This document shows positions 1-13,594 of a DNA stretch of 64,000 nt, piece by piece (the first letter of the stretch is position 1; every line of letters starts with the position of its first letter). The position numbers and the translations under genes are program-made. Source of the stretch: Octopus vulgaris (Eukaryota); assembly GCA_951406725.2 (NCBI GenBank), contig OX597815.1, positions 157,976,001 through 158,040,000 of the forward strand, given 5' to 3'. The notes under the pieces were generated by a model. It was not told where the DNA came from, made no database searches, and saw nothing but the letters and a program-made list of their open reading frames with translations.

Positions 1-71
1 ATAAATAACTGAAAAATCATTCATCCTGTTTGCTTCCTTGTTTACAATAAAATATATTATACTATTTTTAA

Positions 72-77
72 ATGATG

Positions 78-175
<98 letters not shown>

Positions 176-241
176 AAGAAGAAGAAGAAGAAGATGATGA
201 TGATGAGGATGATGAGGATGATGATGATGATGATGATGATG
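72..241. repeat. compound trinucleotide microsatellite (AAT)n-(AAG)n-(GAT)n
   Basis: Directly visible; it explains the poly-N/K/M/S/Y ORFs at 38-331. Confidence 0.97.
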
Positions 242-244
242 AAT

Positions 245-1860
245 CCCCACACGAGGATCCTAGAAACACTAGCTATGAACAAGGTAGCACTGATAATCAT
301 AACATATATAAAACGTTCTATGAATAAATAGCAGAGAGTGCTACAGCTCCGGACAAAAGAGAGATTCATAAAAACCAAAGCCATCCCCATTAGAAGAATT
401 ATCCAGGGAGACACGCTCTCTCTACTCGTTTTCTGCTTGGCACTGACACCTTTATCTGACATGTTAAACAGAACTGGATGTGGATACAACTGTTGCGGCA
501 AAACAATCAGCCACCTCTTCATCTCTTCATCTACGCTACAAATGATAAACAGCTGGAAACATTGCTACAGACTGTACATGGATTTACCAAAGAAATGAAC
601 ATGAAATTTGGCTTAGAAAAATGTGCTAAAGCAACCTTTAAAAGAGTAAAACTAGTTAAGAGTAGCGACATGAAATAAGAGAATTAGAGCAAAGCCAGAC
701 ATACATATACTTAGGAATCAATGAACTAGATACTATACAACACACCCAAATGAAAGAGAAGATAAAGCGGAATACTATAGGCAAGTTAGATTAATACTGA
801 AAACAGAGCTCAATGCGAAAAACAAGATAATAGATATCAACATTCTAGCCGCCCCAGTTATAAGTTACAGCTACAGTATTCTTACCTGGACTCTAAATGA
901 ACTAATCAAAATAGACAGGAAAAGAAGAAAAATGACAGGATTTAGGATGCACCATCCAAAATCTGACATAGAAAGGCTATATATACAAAGTATCCAGGGC
1001 GGTAGAGGACTTATACAGCTAGAAAACTTTTACAAAATATCCACCATAGGACTACAGAACTACTTACTTCAGAAGCAAAGAAAACTTATACAAATTGCCT
1101 CAAAACACGAGCAAAACGAAAGACTGTTTTCAGTCTTTAATGAAGCTGACAAATACAACAAAAAAGAAGTCTTAGTACCTAACAACTATGATGAAAAAGA
1201 AGAAACAACAAAAGCTGTAAAACAACTAAAATCCAAACTAAAGCTGGAACAGCAACAGATCATGATAAAACGATGGCAAGAAAAGCCTCTTCATGGCAAA
1301 TATTCGGTTAAACTAAGCATAAAAGAAATAGACAAAGCAAAATCTCAACAATGGCTGAGAAGCCTAGGTTTCAAAGCAGAGACTGAAGGATTTCTTATTG
1401 CAGCACAATATCAAAGCCTTCCCACCAGAAATCACCAAAAGCATGTAATGAAAAGAAATACAAATAACTGCAGAATATATGAAGATGGAGAAGAAACAAT
1501 AAGTTATATTGTCTCTGGCTGCCCAGTCCTGGTTAAGAAGGAATTGGGACACGACGGAGTTGGGACCTACGTACACTGGAAGCTATGCCAACACTATGGA
1601 ATAACAACAGATAGAGAAATTAAGGAAAATAGGCCAGATATAGCTGTCAGATATCACCACGAAAAAAAAACAATGTTCCTCTAAAAGAAACGGAGAAACT
1701 TTCAAAATACAAAGATCTGGAAATAGAGGTAATTCGAATGTGGAGTCTAAAAACAGAAACAATTCCTATCATAGTAGGCACATTAGGTATGATAGAGAAA
1801 AACATTCAGACAAATACATAACAAAAACACTAGGACTAACAAGTATATATAGCATACTTG
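245..1860 (+). mobile_element. 5'-truncated, degraded non-LTR retrotransposon with RLE endonuclease (R4/Dong-like)
   Basis: Frameshifted RT motifs IIQGDTLSLLVFCLAL and MKFGLEKCA; HPKSDIERLY..GGRGL; ETEGFLIAAQ; zinc-knuckle remnant CRI..ETISYIVSGCP; RLE motifs RPDI and KLSKYKDL. Confidence 0.9.
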
Positions 1861-1897
1861 CTATATATATGGTAGAAGGAAACTGAAAGAAGTCTGT

Positions 1898-1971
<74 letters not shown>

Positions 1972-2034
1972 TACATATGTGGAAAATAAATCGGTGTGGG
2001 TTTGTTTGTGGCGTTGTTAGCTAACTCCTCCAAC

Positions 2035-3060
2035 ATTATTGAAAAAATCGATAATACTGCCCCTGGAAGGGATCTTTATATCTACCTCATATAACTAATT
2101 TTTTTAAGCACCCAAGGCAAATAATCCATACCACCTGCACTTACAGTAATTAGTTTTTAGCAAAGCGATCAATATTTGATTCTCACGATCAGCGGATGTA
2201 ATTCTGCATTTCACTACTCACAGTTTTCAACGGCTAAACCTTATTATTGCAATTTCTTGTTGCATGTACACTTTCAATGCCCATAATTCCGATAATTCTG
2301 CATTTTTCCAAGTAAACGTTTCCAATGAAGGTACATAAATATTTGATTCCAGAACATATTTAATAAGTGTGTCCCAATACAATGAACTCATACTTTGAAT
2401 ACTTAAAAACTGAAGCCAAACTTTCACATCACATTCAGTTTGGATACTCTGTATCGCTTCACATCACATTCAGTTTGGATACTCTGTATCGCTTATACTT
2501 ATTTTTACAAATCATTATATTTATTGCTTATTTACAGTCCATATAAAATGTTCATGAAACTAATTGAGCCATCGAATTTAGAAATATTTTACAGGTTTCG
2601 TTGTTTATGTTCGATTACTTTGAATATTGATTTTTTTTTGTGTGTGTGTGTCCAGTTTCTAATTTTTACAGAAAATATCACTTTTATACTTTATTTGAGG
2701 CGTGAGTAGAACTCATGTATGGAAACCTCGTGACATAGATTGTTGAAAAAATCGATAAAAGGCCCCTCCAATGGATCCTTTTATCTACTACATTACTAAC
2801 ATTTTATTTAAACAACCCTAGGGAAATAACACATACCACCTGCAGTTTTTAGCGATGCGCTCAATATTTGATTCCCACGATCAACTAACCTAATTCTGCA
2901 TTTCACTACTCAGTTTTGAACTGCTAAACATTATTATTACACTTCCCTGATTTGAATCTTAAACCTTAAAGACTTCATTCATACATTTCTATAAATACAT
3001 ATTTTTTGAATGCCCATTACTCCGATAATTCTGCATTTTTACAGTTACACTTTTTCCATG
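2035..3060. repeat. two diverged ~300-bp direct repeats (about 2035-2330 and 2740-3050) with a ~35-bp tandem duplication between them
   Basis: Both units share ttgaaaaaatcgataa...ggatc..tatctac...ataccacctgca...taattctgcatttcactactca. ttcacatcacattcagtttggatactctgtatcgc is repeated at about 2423-2492. Confidence 0.75.
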
Positions 3061-3093
3061 ACAGTAGATAAATTTTTTATTCCACAACGTATT

Positions 3094-3585
3094 TGTAGTG
3101 GCTTCATGCAGGCATAGCGTGGATTCGATTCTCGATTGCCAAATTTCACTTAACACTTCAACAGAGCTTTTCTCACGATAAAACAATAGTTTTTCTGTGA
3201 TAGACAGCAGTTATACATTTCCCAGTTGCCTTCGCTAAGCAGAATAATGTTGTTGCCACTTGATCCTTCTAGCCTTTTCTAGGCCACCAGGGGCTGGAAT
3301 GAGGATAATAGACCTCCAACGAAATCATTTGTTCTCAACAATATGTCTATCCTTCTGGCTGATTTTCGACAGTTATAAAAGCAAGGACTCCGTAAGCTAA
3401 AGATAGTTACTGATAGCGACAATCAGTGAATGTGAATGTTATTATTGCACTTTCTTCATTTCATTTTTAAACATTAAACACTTCATTCATATATTTATAT
3501 ACATATATACTACATTTATATATTACCTTTAATAAACCTATCTCGCCAACATCCATCAATCTCTCCCTCCTCCAGCAAACAGTTT
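3094..3585 (+). mobile_element. solo LTR (same family as 32051-32728)
   Basis: Starts TGTAGTGG; about 300 bp is clearly similar to 32051-32340; TATA-like TATAAAA near 3374 and AATAAA near 3531. The 3' end and TSD are not resolved. Confidence 0.55.
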
Positions 3586-3710
3586 TTTCTACTTTTTCGC
3601 GACGAAAATACACCTTTTGTGGCAGTTCTAACGAAATTGATTTCTTATATCAGAGTAATATGGCGTTTCAATAGAACATCTTTACCCCCGGGAATTACTG
3701 GGTACACTAG

Positions 3711-3714
<4 letters not shown>

Positions 3715-3778
<64 letters not shown>

Positions 3779-3822
3779 CACACACACATATATATATATA
3801 TACATACATACATACATATACA

Positions 3823-3887
<65 letters not shown>

Positions 3888-3890
3888 TAT
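3715..3890. repeat. (TA)n/(CA)n microsatellite
   Basis: Directly visible. Confidence 0.95.
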
Positions 3891-4045
3891 GTGTATGTTT
3901 GTCCTCCAGCACCGCTTTACAATAGGTGCTGGTGTGTTTACGTCTCCGTAACTTAGCTGTTTGAGAAAAAGAGACCGATAGAAGAAAGTACTATACTTCA
4001 AAGAATAAGTCCTAGGGGCGATTTATTCGACTAACACCCTCCAAG
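3890..4045 (+). mobile_element. SINE 3' fragment
   Basis: Matches the 3' half of the SINE at 29741-30155 (ggtgtgtttacgtc.ccgtaacttagc...gagaccgatagaa). Confidence 0.7.
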
Positions 4046-4069
4046 TAAAAGGTAAAAGAAAAGATAACT

Positions 4070-7000
4070 CCATCTATTGAGCTGGCATTAACAACACCCC
4101 TCCATAGTGAGGATAATCTGGGCCCCTAAATATATAAATGTCTAAATCACACAAATCATACTGCGTCGTTTGTTGCAATGCTGCTCCAGGATGGAATCGA
4201 AAAATGAACTTCTGGAGCAAACTGCCAAAATGATAATCTAAACGGTACTCAAAAGTAGAAAAAACCCAACACTGAAGCGTTAGAACATCCACTACAAAAT
4301 AACACCTGAAATCAAAATTCAAACCAGAGGGTTACAAGGAAGTATTGAATGCCTTTTACACAGTAATGAATTAATCACACGGTAATATCATTGAACAGAT
4401 ATTTACCTAATGGAGAAACAAAGTAGGAGGAAACTCACAATTAGATATGAACACGAATAAGAGAGGTAACACATGCAGAGATATACAGAGAAAGAAGTCT
4501 CACACAAGCTGAACTGGATGTAATAAGAGCTCAAACCATCCCAAGCGCATGAGCAAGTCTTACGAGGTGAAACAAACAGTGCTAGAAGTACCTGTAGTAG
4601 ATGTATATAGCATGACTCAATAAGAAAGCAACCAGTGAGTAAATGAGATCAGGAACTACGAATGCAATGAAGAATATAACAGTCAGGTCTCCGAAAATGA
4701 AGATAACGAATATAACACTTCATTAATGAAGGTAACACTTCTTAAAGAACATAAGAAGTTGAAGGAGACAAGGAAGATATCGTAAAAAATTCAGTGTAAT
4801 CTTATGTACTGAAATGATGGATAGCATTACTGCTAAAATTTCAAAACAATAAGAAACAAGCATACAAGAACTACTGATTTATCTACCAACGATTATCTTG
4901 TGAATTCTACAGCAAAGGTTTTGAACAACCAAACTTGGCCTAAAATAAAGAAAAATAACAAGCATGTCAACAAACAACCAAAGTAGAAAATGGAAATATA
5001 AAAGAAATTAAACATCGGAGAGGAGAATTTTTGATTGTTGACAAGCTACCGAAGAGAATAAAAATAAAACTGGAAAAGCAAAAGTCTTCCTACGACCAAA
5101 GATTCCCTGAAACAGCACATACAAATCAAAGTACAATGGATTAGAATATATGAAATAAGTAAATTCTTTTGACAGGATAAAATTTTCAATTTGGCGCAAA
5201 GAAATTTTATAGAAAAATGGAGGAACAACCAATTGAAATAAATTATTCAGCTAATACGAATAAAGTTGAAGAATTTTGGAAGAACATCTGGAATAACTCA
5301 AAAGAGTTATTCAAGGAAGCAAGTTGGATTGACAGGGAAACTGAAATAGTGAAAGATGTGGAACCACAATGGGTAATGTTTAAAGTGGCAGTGCTATGGC
5401 AAGCCTTTAGCAAAACCCATAAACAGAAGTTGTCAGGAATAGATCAAATCCCGAATCATTGGTTAAATACACTAATACAAAGTCGCGTGAAAGTTCGCAA
5501 GTGGTTGACAGAAGATACAACTTACCTCCTGCCGAAAATACCAGAAACAAGAAAAAAACTATAGACTCATTACATTATCACAACTTACAAAATTCTGACT
5601 TCAATAATTATTGAAAGAATGTACACTTTTCTTGAAAAAAAAAATACCATCGTTCCACCAGAAAAACGGGAGAAAACGAAACTCATATGGATCTAAAAAC
5701 CAACTGATGTTTAACAAAATTATACGAGAAAATTGTCGTACAAAGAATAAGATAAGCACCAAATGGATTGATTGCTGGAAATCTTACAACAGTGTTTCGC
5801 ATGAGTGCATTTTGAAAGCCCCAGAAATGTACAAGATCTCTCCAGTAATCTCTTTCTTCGATATGGTATGAAGAAATGGACAACAGCTTTCTAGGGAAAT
5901 TTTCAAGGGAGATTCTCTTTCACTGCTCTTGTTCTGTATGGCACTCTTCTTACTTTCTCGTGAACACAGGGCTCAGATATAAACTAACAAACAATAGCAA
6001 AATCAATCGCTTATTCTTTATAGATGATCTGAAAATATATGCTAAGAATGACCAGGAGTTAGAGGGTGTTTTAATTATGGTAAAGCAGTTTAGGAACGAT
6101 ATTGAAATGTCAACTTGATAAGTATGCAAAAACAACTTTCAAAAGAGGAAGGCTCATTACAATATCACCCATCAAACTTGACCAAGACAATACTATACAA
6201 GAACTGGATCTTGGGAGCACATGTGAGTTAAAGATTTATGATTTAGGCACAAGGCCAACAATTTTGAAGAGAAAAAGAAAATGCTTTTTGGAAAAAGTGC
6301 TTTGCGTTTTTTTTTTGGTGGTGGTGGTGGTGGGGGGGCGTTCAAATCAGTGGATGGCGTTCTGGTCTCAAGCCGGAAACTGTGAGGTATATTATTGATG
6401 CAAGGGTCCGTGTATTCCATTTCGGAATTACCAGAGTAATGTCTTGAAACTTGAAAGCAGCCCATCGTTCCAGGTGTACGAACATCAAGAGACAATCGCC
6501 GACTTAATATCTGAATGCGTCCGACTGGCACCAATAGAATACTTGCAAAGACAAGGCAGGGTAGATCAGTACATGCATTGGTCAATATGTCGCACATGCA
6601 CCCTCCATCACGAAGACAATTGATGGGAACACAAACCACTACAAGTCGTCCAGAGTACTGAAGTTACTATCCTTTGGAAGTTTCAGTGTTCAAACTGATC
6701 AGGAAATTCAGCTTAACTGTTCAGATATCATCATGAAAAATTATATTGAAAAGATTTGTCTTCTATTGATGTTGTAGTCTTAGCTGACAAAAACACATCT
6801 CTGAAAATGCTTTAAAAATTGAACAAGAATAAGGACTTGGAAATAGAAATCAGAACAATATGGCATCTTAAAGCAATAACATTACCTATTGCTGCTGGAG
6901 GACTTGGAATGATGTCAAAAAGAGCAAATAAATATGCAGACCAATTTCCTGGAAGTCCTAAAATAAGTGAATTGCAAAGAATCATACTTATGGTCACCTC

Positions 7001-7140
7001 ACATATTTTATGTAAATCCCTCTCCAGGTAAATCCAGTCTTATTGTGTTATACATTTTATAAAGAGATTTTTTTTTTACACAGATATTAGTTTTTTAGTT
7101 GCATGGTACCTCACCTGTTATGCAAAATATTGTTGCGAAG
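4070..7140 (+). mobile_element. near full-length degraded R4/Dong-like RLE LINE
   Basis: VEEFWKNIW; SGIDQIPNHWL; LLPK..ET; WIDCWKSYNSVSH; IFQGDSLS; INRLFFIDDLKIYAK; KDLEIEIRTIWHLK. Many stops and frameshifts; followed by (GAT)n at 7149-7197. Confidence 0.88.
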
Positions 7141-7148
7141 GTGAAACG

Positions 7149-7201
<53 letters not shown>

Positions 7202-7204
7202 CCT

Positions 7205-7725
7205 AATACAGTACCAGGCACTGGCTCTCATGGCTTCTGATCTTAACTGATCGGAAGTGTTATCATGTACATTGTTTTGTCTTGGTATAAAAGATGGGCT
7301 ACAGCAAATATTCTGCTCATCATAGACTTAGTTGTCCGTTGTTTGACCATAACCAGTTGAGTATGTCTTTTTGGTAGCTGACAGTACGTGTATCTCTGAT
7401 CACGAGCGGAAGTAGTTGGGGAGCATCATAGCCATGTAGTGAGAGGAATTCTTTGCGGTTTGAATAATTCACCTCTGGAAAGATGGGTATTTCGTTCATC
7501 ATCCTTAAACAACCCTTATTCAAGGATCTCTTGAGTGCAATGGGCTACTCGACCTAAAGAAAATTCTAACTGGGCACCACCTGCGAGGTCATGCGCTGTT
7601 TATCTTGATATGAGATCATCATGTCGTGCACATATGGTTGTGATGCTTATCGGACAGTTATTCATGATGGGTATACTGGGCTTCGTATATTTTACCCCAG
7701 TGTCACGCACTGCTCACTCACTCAA
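7205..7725. mobile_element. unclassified interspersed repeat between microsatellites
   Basis: Complex, higher-GC non-coding block bounded by (GAT)n and (AAT)n. It resembles a common octopus repeat from memory only. Confidence 0.4.
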
Positions 7726-7735
7726 TAATAATAAT

Positions 7736-7951
7736 GATCCTTTCTACTATAGGTACAAGATCTGAAATTTGGGAGTAGGGGACTAGTCTAATATAAAGAT
7801 CCCAATGTTTCACTGGTACTTAATTTATTGACCCCGGAAGTATGAAAGGCAAAGTCTACCTCGGCGGAACTTGAACTCAGAACGTAGCGACCGGTGAAAT
7901 ACCGCTCAGCATTTCGTCCAGCGTGCTAACAATTCTGCCAGCTCACCGCCT
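7736..7951 (-). mobile_element. tRNA-derived SINE (family A, head GGCGGCGAGCTGGCAG...GAGTTCAAATTC)
   Basis: A-box- and B-box-like head on the - strand; many copies in the window. Confidence 0.88.
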
Positions 7952-7952
7952 C

Positions 7953-7995
<43 letters not shown>

Positions 7996-7997
7996 TT

Positions 7998-8216
7998 AAT
8001 CCTTTCTACTATAGGCACAAGGCATAAAATTTGGGGAAAGGCGAGCCAGTTGATTAGATCGACCCCAGTACGCAACTGGTACTTCATTTTTCGACCCCTA
8101 AAGGATGAAAGGCAAAAGTCGACCTCGGCGGAATTTGAACTCAGAACGTAGCGACGAACGAAATACCGCTAAGCATTTCATCCAGCGTGCTAACAATTCT
8201 GCCAGCTCGCCGCCTT
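7998..8216 (-). mobile_element. tRNA-derived SINE (family A)
   Basis: Tandem second copy, separated from the first by (AAT)n. Confidence 0.88.
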
Positions 8217-8225
8217 AATAGTAGT

Positions 8226-8285
<60 letters not shown>

Positions 8286-8604
8286 TTCAAATTTTGGCAC
8301 AAGGCCAGCAGTTTTGCTGCCTTCATTTCTGCGATGTTCTTGTTCAAACTGCTCTGTAATAGCTGAGATGGTCTGACGCTAGAGTTCGAGTTGATTTTAG
8401 TCTTGTTCACAGTTCACAGTCTGAGTCGCACAAAACAGCTGCATGATGTGTTCGCGGTAAAGGATCCGGCAGTTAGTCATACGACTCAAATACCTCGTAC
8501 ATCTCAACCGATGCTTTTATGATGTGCCTTCAGTGGTGTTAGTTCGAATTTTCTCAGAGTTTGCAAAGTTCATTACGTAATCCTTTTATTTGGTGTTTAT
8601 GATT

Positions 8605-9015
8605 TATTTCTTTATTGCCCATAGGGGCCGAAACATAGAGGGTACAAACAAGGACAGGCAAACGGATTAAGTCGATTACATCGACCCCAGTGCATAACTG
8701 GTACTTAATTTATCGACCCTGAAAGGATGAAAGGCAAAGTCGGCCTCGGCGGAATTTGAACTCAGAACGTAACGGCAGACGAAATACCTATTTCTTTACT
8801 ACCCACAAGGGGCTAAACACAGAGAGGACAAACAAGGACAGACAAACGGATTAAGTCGATTATATCGCCCCCAGTGCGTAACTTATTTAATCGACCCCGA
8901 AAGGATGAAAGGCAAAGTCGACCTCGGCGGAATTTGAACTCAGAATGTAACGGCAGACGAAATACCGCTAAGCATTTCACCCGACGTGCTAACGATTCTG
9001 CCAGCTCGCTGCCCT
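8605..9015 (-). mobile_element. partially dimeric family A SINE with 16-bp TSD
   Basis: Two tandem SINE bodies with one head; tttggtgtttatgatt at 8589-8604 and 9016-9031. Confidence 0.88.
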
Positions 9016-10429
9016 TTTGGTGTTTATGATTGGTCGAAATTCCTGCTGATGAAAGCGCTCATGTTTCTTGAATCTCGGTGTTACAGGCCTCGTATTTCAC
9101 ATAAGGATCAAACAACAACGGCTTGAACACCGTATGTTTGGTTTCTGGTTTAAAGTTTTTGCCTCTGAAAAATGTGGCAGGGTAGTCTTCCAAAAGCAAC
9201 AAGACAAGCGCAAATCCTGTTTTCCATATCCCTCTTTGAGTTGAATTAATAATGGTTTCAAATTTTGGAACAAGGCCGACCAAATTCTGGTACAGACCCT
9301 TTTGCGATGTTCTTGTTCAAACTGCTCTGTAATAGCTGAGATGAGACTTTTAAAATAAGGGAAATCAGCCCTCAGTTCCAAAGAGCTTCTCGAGATTGTA
9401 ATATTGAAATCTGGAAGGGTTTTCATTGGGTCAGGTTGTGCTAGTACTTTAGTTTTCAGAACAAAATGATCATATACAAAATCGTGTATTCATCTTATTA
9501 TTGATTTGTTCGCTAGCTCAGGTCACTGATTTCAGAGATCAATCAGTTTACATTTTCTATATTATATAGAAAAGCAGGTTAGTTGCAATTCATAGAGTAA
9601 TGTGTTCTTTAAGTTTGGGAATCTTTTTTATATGCAACATACAACTGAATATTCAGTTTATATGTTAATATATTTCTATGTAAAAAAAAAAGGATGTAGC
9701 TGTCAGTTTTGATTTATTTGCATATGATATTTGAAATTTTTTACTTATATCTCTTTATCTTTTTACTATTACTGTATATCTCATTTCATTTTATATATTG
9801 CCTTTACTCATATGTAATGGTGTATTAAAGTATGGATTGAGTATCATCGGATAGTTGATGTTTTACTGATTTAAGTATGTTTCTCCATTCTCTAATTTTG
9901 TAGTATTAATTTACGGTAATATTATTACCTTTACCCATATAATACAATAGATGAACTGATTGTTTGACAATTTTTAACATCTATGTATTAATTTTGTTGG
10001 GTACCTATCTAGCAGTATATTGGATATATATTATCCCATGGTGGGTTGAATTTTCAACCCCTATCTCATTTTATAATATATATATATATATATCTATATA
10101 TATATATATATATATATACATATATATATAAAATATATAGGCGTAGACGATCTTTTAACCAAAAGTTGGTACAAATCGAACAAAGATTCTAGTAATTGTT
10201 TCCAAGCCTAATTCCCCCCCCCCCCCCAAAAAAAAAAAACGAAAGAAAAAATAATCCTTTTGGAATCAAAATTAGGCTTTTCTTCGGGAATTCATTATTG
10301 GAATGAATAGGTTCGACCAACAAGAAAATATAAAGACCTTTAATAGCTCAGACAGGAACAAAGAATTAAATTATGATAGAAGGAAATTACTGAACGCCAG
10401 GCCATTCAAAGCCAGAATATATATATATA

Positions 10430-10821
10430 CTAGCTTAAGGTGACCCGCTCTACGCGCGGGTGAGGTTGTGGTTGTTACTTTCTGTTGCTTCCTTTCCGTT
10501 TCTTATCGCCACATTCTCTCTCTTTGTTTCTTTCTCCTTTCTCTCTCACTTTCCCACTCTCTTACTCTTCATTTCTCTCGGACTTTCCCTCGCTTTCTCT
10601 TACTCTCCATCTTTCTCTCTCTCTCTCTCTCTCTCCCATTTATAAATAACAAAAGATCTTGAGTAAGTTGAGAAAGAAAATATTTTTACGCTTTTTAACT
10701 CCTTCGTCGTTATTCTCATTCACTCATTATTACTTTCTCCCTTCCTTTCACTTTCTCTCTATAACGTCGTTTGATAGCGTCTACTATCTTTCCTCCGCCG
10801 CCGCCTTCGCCAGCACTGTCA

Positions 10822-10853
<32 letters not shown>

Positions 10854-11087
10854 ACGTCTGTCTGCATTCATAGAGAGATTTATCATCGCCACCACCACCA
10901 CCACCACACAATCATGAGAATCTTTCTCTCTATATATAGATAGAGAGAGAGGGGGAGAGAGAAAGTAATAATGAGAGAATGAGAATAAAGACGAAGGGTT
11001 TAAAAAGCATAAAAATATTGAAAGCGACGGAGGAAAGATAGTAGACGCTATCAAACGACGTTATAGAGAGAATGTGAAAGGAAGGGA

Positions 11088-11155
<68 letters not shown>

Positions 11156-11387
11156 GGAGGCAGGCAGATAAAAGAATGAGAGTAGACGTGTCAAAGTGTG
11201 CGTTTTTCGCCCTAGCAACGACAGCTTTTTAAGATAGGGATTTCTAACATAATCCACTCTCATTCTCGCCTCATTTTACATGTCCCTGTAAATTTTGGAG
11301 TCAATCCGACGGGATCTAGTGGCCTTTAACCCGTTCCAATGACAAAACCAGACAAACTTTTCGCATTTCAGAATTATAATATAGAGA
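10430..11387 (-). mobile_element. non-autonomous Helitron
   Basis: On the - strand: A|TC 5' end at 11387, GC hairpin CCCGCGCGTAGAGCGGG at 10444-10460, CTAG|T 3' end at 10430. No TSD. Confidence 0.8.
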
Positions 11388-11884
11388 TATAAAATCCAGC
11401 TTCAGCGTTGATTAAAATAACAATTCACAATATATAAATATTTGATAACGACAATTGCCATTACCGTCTAAACTACAAGTAAAGTTAATCAAACAAATAA
11501 TCTACTAACTACTAAGAATAATAGAGTTAGCTAATTAAAAGATTAAAAAAATAAAAACCAGTACATATTTACACCATTTTACATATAGCCATGGCTAGGC
11601 TATTCAATTCGCCTTTGGTTCGGTTCAGGTACATAAAATTGATAAGCCACAAAAACGGTGAAACATCGATGTTCATCGTACCTGAGTGGGATTTAGGGTA
11701 AATTGTCTCACCTGTCTATAACTTTCAGGTATTTGAACACCCGACGCTTAGAGAGAGTCATTTCCACCATGTCAAATAGCAGTCTACAGACGAACAAGCA
11801 AATTCATACAAGCGAACTCGTACATTGTGTATGTATGATCGATAATGTTTACAACACTAGCGCTGCATTTAATTCCTATATATC

Positions 11885-12108
11885 TCTTTACTCTTTACTC
11901 TTTTACTTGTTTCAGTCATTTGACTGCGGCCATGCTGGAGCACCGCCTTTAGTCGAAGAAATCGATCCCAGGACTTATTCTTTGTAACCCTAGTAACCTC
12001 TTTTGCCGAACCGCTAACTTACGGGAACATAAACACACCAGCATCGGTTGTCAAGCGATGTTGGGGGACAAACACAGACACACAAACATATACGCACACA
12101 TACATACA

Positions 12109-12182
<74 letters not shown>

Positions 12183-12338
12183 ACTGGCTTCTTTCAGTTT
12201 CCGCCTACCAAATCCACTCACAAAGCTTTGGTTGGCCCGAGGCTATAGCAGAAGACACTTACCCAAGGTGCCACGCAGTGGGACTGAACCCGAAACCATG
12301 TGGTTGGTAAGTAAGCTGCTTACCACACAGCCACTCCT
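11885..12338 (-). mobile_element. tRNA-derived SINE (family B) with internal (TA)n
   Basis: Head AGGAGTGGCTGTGTGGTAAG...GGGTTCAGTCCC; tail gtaaaagagtaaaga. Confidence 0.9.
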
Positions 12339-12429
12339 GGTATATACATACGCACACACAGAATTTTGTATCTGTGTAGACACAAACATACACATAAATA
12401 TATACATACAAATAAGTGTGCACGCGCAC

Positions 12430-12490
<61 letters not shown>

Positions 12491-13324
12491 CTCAGACACA
12501 CACACACACACACATACGTATGTGGTATGTGAGCATGAGCGTATAAAAAGAGAGAGAAGAGAGAAACGGGGAATATGAAATAGAAAGAAAAAGAGTGAGA
12601 AATTCAAGTACATATATTTACTACATACATGCTAAGACATCAGTGGATACATATATGCACCTCCTGATACTTATAATCTCCAGAAGAACCAGATTTATCA
12701 CTTTTCTGTTCATTCAATCACTCTTTCACCACTCCCAGCCATCAATTCAAACATTTGTAGAGAGAATCCAGAGACTTTTTGTATGCATAGTGGCACACGT
12801 TTCCCATGGTTTATATATTCTTTATATCAAAAGCTAATTCCATCTCAGCCCCATCCCATTGTATTGCACACATGCTCCTGGCAATAGCATGCTATCATCT
12901 TACAGTCGTGAGTTTTAATAACTGACATAAATCGATATGATTTTATTCCGATATGTAAGCCATATTACAGTTTAGGCGATAGGAAAATAGTTTGTTGACG
13001 CGCGTTTATTGTGATGACTTCCTCCCTGATTTCCAACCGTTGTGATCCCACTTGGTGATATTTTTATTGTTGTTGTTAAGGTTGTTGTTGTTGTTGTTAC
13101 TACTGCTGCTGCTACGTCTGTGGTTGGGGTGGTTGTTCGCGTTGCTACTATGTTTATGGTTGTCGTAGTAGTTGCTGTTGCTGCTGCTATCGTGGTTGTC
13201 GCTGCTCTTTTAGTCTCATTTTAACACTGACCGAGTAAACGCGTGATGATCAGACCCGTTGCAGCAGAGACAGCGCAGCCTACAGTTTTCAGACGAGTCT
13301 AAATCTGAGAGAAAACACGTGTCC

Positions 13325-13585
13325 AAGTGGTTTGGGTGTTGGGGTTACTATCGAAAGGCAGTGGGTATAATTTCTGGTGGGTAGCGTTGCATGTCCTTGG
13401 GCAAGGCACTTCGTTTCACGTTATTTCAGACTATTCAGCAGAAACCTGCCGAGTACTAGTGGATCCCTCTTTCGCTTCCAGATGTCTCGGCACTTCTCTA
13501 GATTTAGTGTTGAAGGGACAAGAAGGTATCTATGTCTGCTCATGAGTACACAGGCACTTGAAAACATGGTACATGCTATCAAATC
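13325..13585 (+). mobile_element. diverged CORE-like tRNA SINE
   Basis: Contains gtccttgggcaaggcactt, similar to 28275-28585. Confidence 0.5.
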
Positions 13586-13594
13586 ATAATAATA

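Noticed and set aside
38-331. Low-complexity ORFs (also at 3.6, 12, 17.1, 26.1, 33, 46.8, 49.5, 55.4 and 58.7 kb)
   Set aside because: They are translations of microsatellites with no splice signals or protein features.
7736-9015. CRISPR-like array of repeated units
   Set aside because: The units are eukaryotic SINE copies; there are no regular repeat-spacer units and no cas genes.
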